DNA from: the human T2T-CHM13v2.0 reference genome, Homo sapiens
DNA: 64,000 nucleotides
NCBI RefSeq assembly: GCF_009914755.1
Contig: NC_060945.1
Strand: one strand, 5' to 3'
In this document: positions 55,908 through 64,000 of the stretch, one piece after another
How positions within the stretch are numbered: position 1 is the first letter of the stretch
How the letters are laid out: every line of letters starts with the position of its first letter
Made by a program: the position numbers and the translations under genes
The notes under the pieces: model-generated
What the model was told of the DNA's origin: nothing
The model's input: the letters and a program-made list of their open reading frames with translations, nothing else
Database searches by the model: none

Positions 55908-57060
55908 AGTAAGTACACTAGTTTGAAAATATTTTATAAGTAAGATTTTATAAACTTTGTACTTAGGGCAAGAAAGGGGATAGAAATACACATGAATGAG
56001 TTACTTTGACTATTAAGGCAAAATAACTGATTGGTTTTTCTTCTCAAGATATAGACTGATGGCTGGTTCATTCCTACCCATTAATAAGAAATTAACCATC
56101 TGCAACAGAGTCCTTTCAAATAATTGTGTCATTTATAATCATGTGGAATAATTGAAATATTGGGACACACTAAAAGACAGATTGAATGAATAATTAGATG
56201 ATGATAAAGAAAAGCAAGGTTAAACATTACTTTAAATTTTTTAATCATTGAGGACAAATATATATCTGAACAACAGTCCAAATAAATTATTTTATCTGGA
56301 AAAGTGGCCATCCTGTTAAGTTATTTCACTACGAATTTTCAATAACGACTTGCTTTTTTGATTCTGAATATATAAAAGCTATTTAATTTTGCCATCTGTT
56401 CTCAGAATGATTACATATAAATTAATTGTGGGTAATAATTTTTAGAATGCATTGAATGCCAAGATACTCAAAATGTTCCAAAGGGAGAATTTATTTAATT
56501 TCATTTTCCAAAGTAATAAAGCAAACTTCTTTAAAAAGTGAAATAATGATACAGTCTTTGCTACTTTAATGTAATTTTCATTTTTTCCTTTTTTCAAGAT
56601 TTTGGAGGAAATCGTATCCAAAATTTTGCCCAAATTCCTCACACTGTTAGTAGGTTTTTGCTTAAGTAGGAATTCATTTATGACTTTTATCTACTCTCAT
56701 GTTTGCCACCTTTTAGGACTAAAAATTAACATTGAAATAATAAATCCTAACTCTTCTAAAGTTGTCAGCATAGGTAAAAATAATGTTGCAATAGTAAGAT
56801 AGAAATCAAGTCATTCGTTTATAGGTAGGTATTTTTAAAAGATATAAATAGCTGACAGAGAAGCCTGAAGTACCTCAAGAGAAGAAACAAAACAAAATTA
56901 AACAATGACAAAAAATTTAACTAGGAATTATTAAGCAGCTGTCACATGCTTGGAACTCTCATAAGTGGTTTAACAGAACAAACGAGGTTCTAGTTCTCAT
57001 AGAACATAGGCTCTAGTGCATGAAAGCAGGTAATATAAAATAAATAAAAAACACAGTACT

Positions 57061-57373
<313 letters not shown>

Positions 57374-58739
57374 CTGTACTGATAAATGGCACATGGATAA
57401 TTGTAATGTGTTTTTTTAAAGAGGTCAGGGAGTTCACTTTAGATTGGATAGGTTAGGAAAGCTGCTCTAGAGTTGACAAATCAGCTGACTGATAATGACA
57501 AGAAGGATAGAAATATAAAGATTCTGAAAAACTGGTAACAGCCTCCCTACTAAGTTATATTTTTCTCTACTACAACATTTTCTATTCTTTTATTATAAAA
57601 TTGATGAATTAATATATCATTTCTTCAACATTTCTCTTTACGCTTATTGTTTTATTGCTACATCATTGAACATCTAATTTTCTTATTTTTTAATTTGCGA
57701 TAAATGTTTATTTCATTATAAACTATGCCTATCTTTCTGAGACTTTTCTCATAGAATAAATATATTCAGCTTTCTATTTTTTTCTGAGATTTAAAAAGTT
57801 ATTGGTATACTTGTTTAAAAAAATACCAAATTCTTTCATATTTATTTGTTCTGTTGATGTTACCTGGTTCTTTTCTCAATTTTTTATTATCTTGTCTTAA
57901 ATTTCAGAAGATATAAAATGTCTCTGAAGTATTATTTTGCTCAATGCTATAATTCATATGCATCCCTTATGTATGTGTGTATGTGCCTGTATACATGAGT
58001 CTGTGCTTTTCACATCTATATTTCGAATTGTAGGTTTTCCTCAAATGTATTCTAATCCATATATGCATACTAATGAGCCACCAAAGCTGATTTAAAGCTT
58101 TCTGTTCAAAGGAAACATTTCTTATCTGATGGGCTTCATTGCAGAATAAGTAATTATTTTTTGTTTGTTTATTTCATCTTGTTTTTGCATGGTTCCCCTA
58201 TTGGTCTTTACTGTGAGTTAATTCAAGTTCTTTAAGATCCTCTTATGCCCTGTTTGGATAATCAAAGTCTAACTTTAGATATTCTGGAAATCAGCCAGTG
58301 AAGAAAGCTATGGATTTCAGTATTCACTTGTCACACTTTCAAATGATACTCGTATTTTTTATATAACCATGTGAACCACACAACCCCTTCTTTGACTATT
58401 ATTTCTGAGACCAGAACCCCTATTATTCAGTTTCTAAAGGTAATGAACTGTTGATCTTATGTGAAGCTTATGAAACCGAGATGCCACATTGCAGGGTTTT
58501 GAATAGTGTCTTAGAGAACTTGGGGAACAAGATTTTTATACTAATTATTGCACTCTCCTGGCTGTGTTGAGTGTCCCACCTTGCATGTATGTTCTGCAAC
58601 ATCAGGTTATATGCCTTTGCTTATTTCACACTTTTACAGTCTCCCCAATATCTGCACCTCCTAATATCTGTATCATTTTTAGAGATCTCCACAGTATCTG
58701 GCTCTCCTAATGTCTACATTGCTTCTACAGTAATGAATT

Positions 58740-59970
58740 ATAAGTTATAGTACAAGAACTATTTAAATTTGCTACCATCAAATCTCCAAGTTTGGTCACA
58801 TCTGTATTAATTCATGACTTTTCCTCTATTGCAATTAAGACGTTGTCCCTCTTCCTCCCTCAGGCCAACTTTGTTCTTGTACTCTAAATGTCAGTCTCTT
58901 CCACTTTTTTAGAACCTTAGTGTTACTTGATGCTGTCTCTTCTTTATTTTGAGAGTTTTTCAGCCTACTCTCTTCATTTCACATTACAATACCTCAATGT
59001 CACCATATATTAAAATAAAAAATTCCTTGATTCCACAAATTATTTTACACCTCTTTTTATCTCTTTCATTATTTTTTTTCCAAAGTGCAATCAACATTCA
59101 ATCCTTTTGTTTTTTCACCTCCCAGATGAACATTGACCATAGGATTTCTTAATGTGAGTTTAATCTTCACTATCGGCAGAGTGCTCTCCTAGCAATGCCA
59201 TTGTTTCTTTGAATTATATTTTTCATTTTACTGTAATCTTAGATCATCTTTCTTATTTTCTGAGAATTTGATACAGTTGTCAGGAGCTCAGCTAAGTTGG
59301 AGAGAGCTGAACTGCCAGGTGTCAGAATAGCCAATTAATATAACAAGCCAAAATCAAAGTAACAGCCAAGGCTTTAGTGACTTACTGCGATTGTATAAGC
59401 AAGATGCTAAACAGTCTGTCTCCTTTCTGGTTCATGATGAACCCCAAGGAATAAAACGTTGAGGATCAAGTGGATCAGCAAATATATGGAGGTCATCTCA
59501 CTGTCAAGGGAGAATGGAACAAAAAAACTCCTGCAATTCTGTGAACCCAGAGGATGGGGAGAAATTAATGAGAAGGGCTGGGAGTGAAATACTGGGTCCG
59601 AGGGAAGAAAAAGCATCAAGGCCACCCTCCCTCTGATAAGGGGGTTTTAGTTTCTGTTGAAGGCCCCCTATAAAAAGGCCTCTGGACGAAAGCATCTGGG
59701 CTAGGATGCACGTGTAAGGACAAATTTCGGCACAGGGGTCCAAGTCCTTGATTGCAACTCCCTGCAGCCCACAGTGCCTTGGCTGGGCAACAACGCTGAT
59801 GTGGGAAAAACAGCTTCCCCAGTGAGGTCTGTTGGGTAAAAGCCTTTCCAATTTTCTATGGTCGGGCTTAAAAAGATCACATATAGGTTTCTAACAAGAG
59901 CCACACTCCTCAGTGCTTATTCCTGAAATACTTGGTTTCTGAACTTTCCATTATAACATAAATCTCTTAA
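58740..59970 (+). mobile_element. L2 remnant interrupted by an LTR-like block
   Basis: ATTTGATACAGTTG before the block and ACTCCTC...TTCCTGAAATACTT after it rejoin into an L2-type motif. Confidence 0.5.
59278..59903 (-). mobile_element. Unclassified ERV LTR-like element
   Basis: Abrupt GC-richer ~625-bp block bounded by TG...CA that splits the L2-like motif; family not recognised and orientation tentative. Confidence 0.5.
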
Positions 59971-59974
59971 GAGA

Positions 59975-60190
59975 TTATGCTGTGTAGTCTAATGGTAAAA
60001 AGTAAGAACTCTGAAATTTGGCTGCTTGGGTTCAAAGACCAGCTCTATCTTTTGTTAGCTTGTAACTCTGGGGAAATTGTATATTTCTCTGTACCTTGGT
60101 TTCCTCATCTGTAACCTGGGGAAAATAGCCATGTAAGAATTGAATTAATTTAGTGTAGATGTTTTACAATATGTTAGGGAACCTGTTATT
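59975..60190 (+). mobile_element. MIR
   Basis: CTTGGGTTCAAAGACCAGCTCT...CTCTGTACCTTGGTTTCCTCATCTGTAA. Confidence 0.8.
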
Positions 60191-60763
60191 ATATTAACCT
60201 GAACACACTCCTCAGATTTTCAAACTCCTAAACTTATATTTTCAGGCTTTGCAAGGTATGAAAAGGGTGGTTTAAAGGCTTTTCATGTATTTCTTATTTG
60301 GTTTTAAACACATGTGCCATGTTAATTTAAGGAATATTTCAACTGATATCCTAAAAAGTAGTTTTAAATTTAATAATACAACTTTATTATTCCCTTATTT
60401 CATGTTTTACCCTGAGTTTTAAGAAATAATTTTTCCTTGGAAATTTCATGGAGGCATGATTTCCATGCCAGTAAGTTTGTAAGAGATAGGCTTAGACAGA
60501 TTTAGGTAAATGATTAAAGGTCAGTTTGTGAATAGGATACTCTTATTTACATGTCTAAAGTTTAATGAGTTTTTCTCCATGAAGAATATTCAGAAATCTC
60601 TTTCCATTTTAATACTATGGTATCGGAGGAAACTTAGGAGTAAATGATATAGTAAACTATTTCCCCATTTGTAGAGTCTCCACCTCTGTCTTTTTACAGA
60701 TACTATTCCCTCACTTCTGAAACAGGAAGGAAAACAAATATAAAAGTTATGGTGAAACATGGC

Positions 60764-61111
60764 TGTTGTAGACTGAATGTTTTAGACATCTCAAAATTCA
60801 TACATTGAAACCTAATTCCCAATGTGACAGTATCAGGAGATGTGGCCCTTGGGAGATGATTAGGTCATGAATGGGATTGGTACCCTTATAAAAGGGGACC
60901 CACCCTATTATAAGCTTCCTCACCCAGTCTGCCATGTAAGGACGCAGCAAAATCTGGCCATCTACGAACCAAGAAGTAGGCCCTCCGCAGACACAAAATT
61001 TGCCAGGATCTTGAGCTTCCCAGGCTCCAGAATCGAAAGAAATAGGTTTATGTTGTTTATAAACCACTCAGTGCATGGCAATTCGCTATAGAAGCCCATT
61101 GGACTAGGACA
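60764..61111 (+). mobile_element. MLT1A-type MaLR LTR
   Basis: TGTTGTAGACTGAATG...GATGATTAGGTCATGA...GGACTAGGACA. Confidence 0.88.
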
Positions 61112-61672
61112 ACTGACCAACATTTCTGGAGCAAATGAAGATGGTTTCATTTAGTTTACTTATACATTACAGCATAAATTTCTCGTATTTTAGAAAACCT
61201 TAACCTTTAAAAAGATTTTTGCACAGTATGTCTAATTTGATTCTTACCTTTATGCCTCCCCATAACCAGGGCTCCACAGACTTCTTAGGACATGCAGAAT
61301 GGTCTGTGCAGTATTGTTAGAAAACAAAGGAAGAAGTAAAATGCTTCTAATACCTTAGAAGCAAGCCATAGTATATTCTTACCAAATAATTTTTATGTTA
61401 ATTATAAAATTTGGTTGTACATGAAAACTCGCTAAATTATATAGATATATAAAAATTTTCTTAAAGACTTTTTATGTCTATTCATAATAGCAACCTTATT
61501 ACTATAAGTGCTATGTTAAGAATTATTGCGTTTTGAAAACTAGTCCAATTATTTTTCCTCTACATTATATTCCGATTTAAAAAAATTGCATTGGGAACTG
61601 AAAAGAAGAGAATAGGGGGTCTATTCAAGGAAAATATTATTCTTGGAATATGTCTGAGCAAAATCCATGGGA

Positions 61673-61676
<4 letters not shown>

Positions 61677-61714
<38 letters not shown>
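61677..61714. repeat. (TA)19 microsatellite
   Basis: Uninterrupted run. Confidence 0.97.
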
Positions 61715-61718
<4 letters not shown>

Positions 61719-63118
61719 TTAGAATATGTATCATTAGAAGTATCATTTCTAACCTACTTTCTGTCTGTCTTTCTGTCTGTTTTTCCTAGTTGAAGACAGA
61801 CTATTTTGTTTGTTGATGTAAATATGAATTTTTAAATAAAGTGATTTGAAAAATTTACTGTATTGTCTTTTAAAGTAGATTGTCATTTGAAAGTGAGTAT
61901 TTTCAACAAGCATTTTGACCGAATTATGGATAGAGATATAGATAGGCAGACAAAATTCTACAATCTTTTAACGTAATATCACCGTTTCCCTTCCATCATT
62001 GATTAATATAAATAAATTCTGACTGAACAGAACTCTTGGGTATATAACCTTTTCTTGACTTTCATTTGAGTTATGTACACATGAAAGGTGTATAGCAATG
62101 ATAATAAAATACTTTATTTGCATAACACCTTTGAGCTTAAAGGACACCAAATGCTTTCATAAACACAATTTCATTACTTCTAATGGAAGCAACAAATATT
62201 ATCATAGAGGAAACAGAGGGAAGATCAGAAAAGCCCCTTATCCACATTATTTCAAGATTTCTTTCATGACTTCTAAATATTATGATTTAACTTATCTCGT
62301 TAATTACCCTAATGAAAGAGGAATTCGAGTATATCCTAGAATCTAAGCACATTGTTAGAGGATAAATGGGATCTTTTTTAAAAAAACAAAATAGACCTAA
62401 ATTGCTTGACTGTGTTGGAAATGAAGTTATTGAAAAAAAGTGTAAGAATTCAAATAGCATATTTTCTAGGCAAAACTCATTATAGTATGTGTTTGGTGTA
62501 GTATTCACAATTAAAATAAAAAGCGAAATACATGTTCTATGTTTATTTTTATTCTGGAAGGAAATTGAATGGTTTAAATAGATTAATATTAGCAATTAAA
62601 GATATTTTATAATATCTCAAATTTTTTTAGTGGCATTTATATACGTAGATAAAAAAATGTGAAATAATAATTGTCTGTCATGTGAATTTTTTTTAACACT
62701 GGAACCACCAGGAAGTAAAGTTGAAAAACTAAAATTTTAAAGCAGGTTGATAGCAGGTTACTAGAGAATAAATGTTACATTCTTCTTTATTACGTTTATT
62801 TGGCTATGCCATCAATCAAAGACACTTATATAAGGTTGTGATGATGTCACTTTCAATAACAAGCTTGACAGGAACAATCTTTATACATTGACATGACATC
62901 CAATTTAGGTACTCTGATTTTTCAGCCTGTCACTAGAAGAACTTCACATTTCAAAAATTATAGCATTCACCACAGTAAATGCTTTAGTTAAAAGTAAAAG
63001 ACAACTACCTTCATGTATACTCTTCTGGCATAATCTTATTAAGTACTTATGTTTTGTCACATATGCTTTTGTGCACATACAATTTGGTGAGGCTGTATAT
63101 AAAAGACTTTTGACCACT

Positions 63119-63779
63119 TGTGATGATTAATATTGAGTGTCAACTTGATTGGATTGAAAGATGCAAAATGTGTTCCTTGCGGAGCTTGCAGTGAGCCAAG
63201 ATCGCCCCACTGCACTCCAGCCTGGGCGACAGAGAAAGACTCTATCTCAAAAAAAAAAAAAAAAAAAAAAGTGTGTTCCTTGGTGTGTCTGTGAGGGTGT
63301 TGCCAAAGGAGATTAACATTTGAGTCAGTGGACTGGGAGAGGCAGACCCACCCTCCACCCAGGTGGACACCATCTAATCAGCTGCCAGTGTGGCTAGAAT
63401 AAAGCAGGCAGAAGAACGTGGAAGGATTAAACTTGCTGAGTCTTCTGGCTTTCGTCTTTCTTCTGTGCTAGATGCTTCCTGCCCCTGAACAACAAACTCT
63501 AAGTTCTTCAGCTTTTGGACTATTGGACTTACACCAGTGGTTTGCCAGGGCCTCTGAGGTTTTTGGCCAAGACTGAAGACTGCACTGTTGGCTTCCCTAC
63601 TTTTGAGGTTTTGGGACGCGGACTGATCCACCACTGGCTTCCTTGCTCCTCAACTTGCAGAGGACCTATCGTGGGACCTCACCTTGTGATCGTGTCAGTC
63701 AATTCTCCTTAATAAACTCCCTTTCAGATATACATATAACCTATTAGTTCTGTCCTTCTAGAGAACCCTGACTGATACA
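63119..63779 (+). mobile_element. MLT2A (HERV-L) solo LTR, split by a truncated AluY
   Basis: TGTGATG.TTAATATTGAGTGTCAACTTGATTGGATTGAA start; CTAGAGAACCCTGACT.ATACA end; perfect TSD CCACT. Confidence 0.93.
63179..63270 (+). mobile_element. 5'-truncated AluY (3' ~70 bp plus A tail)
   Basis: AluY diagnostic GCGGAGCTTGCAGTGAGCC; TSD TGTGTTCCTTG at 63169 and 63272. Confidence 0.92.
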
Positions 63780-64000
63780 CCACTCAATAGACAAGCAGAA
63801 CATAGCAAACAGAACAAAGTCTCAAAAACATAATCATCGTATCCTTGGTAAAATAAAAAATTAATTCAAATGGCCAGAAAAAAATGAGAAATTGGATCTG
63901 CTAAATCTATGATACTGCTAGAGAATCCATTATTAAATAATACATAGTTTGTATATTATTCCTCCTAACTGAAATTTGTTCCTCTCTTTGATTTCTTTCT

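Overview
This is AT-rich, CpG-depleted primate DNA, most likely human, from an intergenic or deep-intronic region. I can support no protein-coding gene, RNA gene, CpG island or CRISPR array. The supplied ORFs are chance ORFs or translations of Alu, L1 and LTR sequence; only 416..781 carries a recognisable motif, a dead L1 ORF2 N-terminus. The window is a mosaic of transposon fossils: about 17 Alus or Alu fragments, old L1M and L1PA pieces, MaLR LTRs (MST, MLT1, THE1), ERV solo LTRs (LTR7C-like, MER9, LTR15-like, MER21-group, MLT2A), Tigger2a, MIR and L2. Family names come from recalled consensus features, not a database search. I found no evidence of a new gene-encoded system. The most unusual signals are structural. 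First, a perfect 100-bp-arm inverted duplication with nested palindromes sits inside an old LTR (41749-42003) and looks like a recent template-switch product. Second, a ~1.9-kb near-pure AT tract contains an ordered 32/35-bp VNTR. Third, a (GGAA)16 run lies next to an HERV-H solo LTR. Fourth, two related ERV1 LTRs sit back to back.
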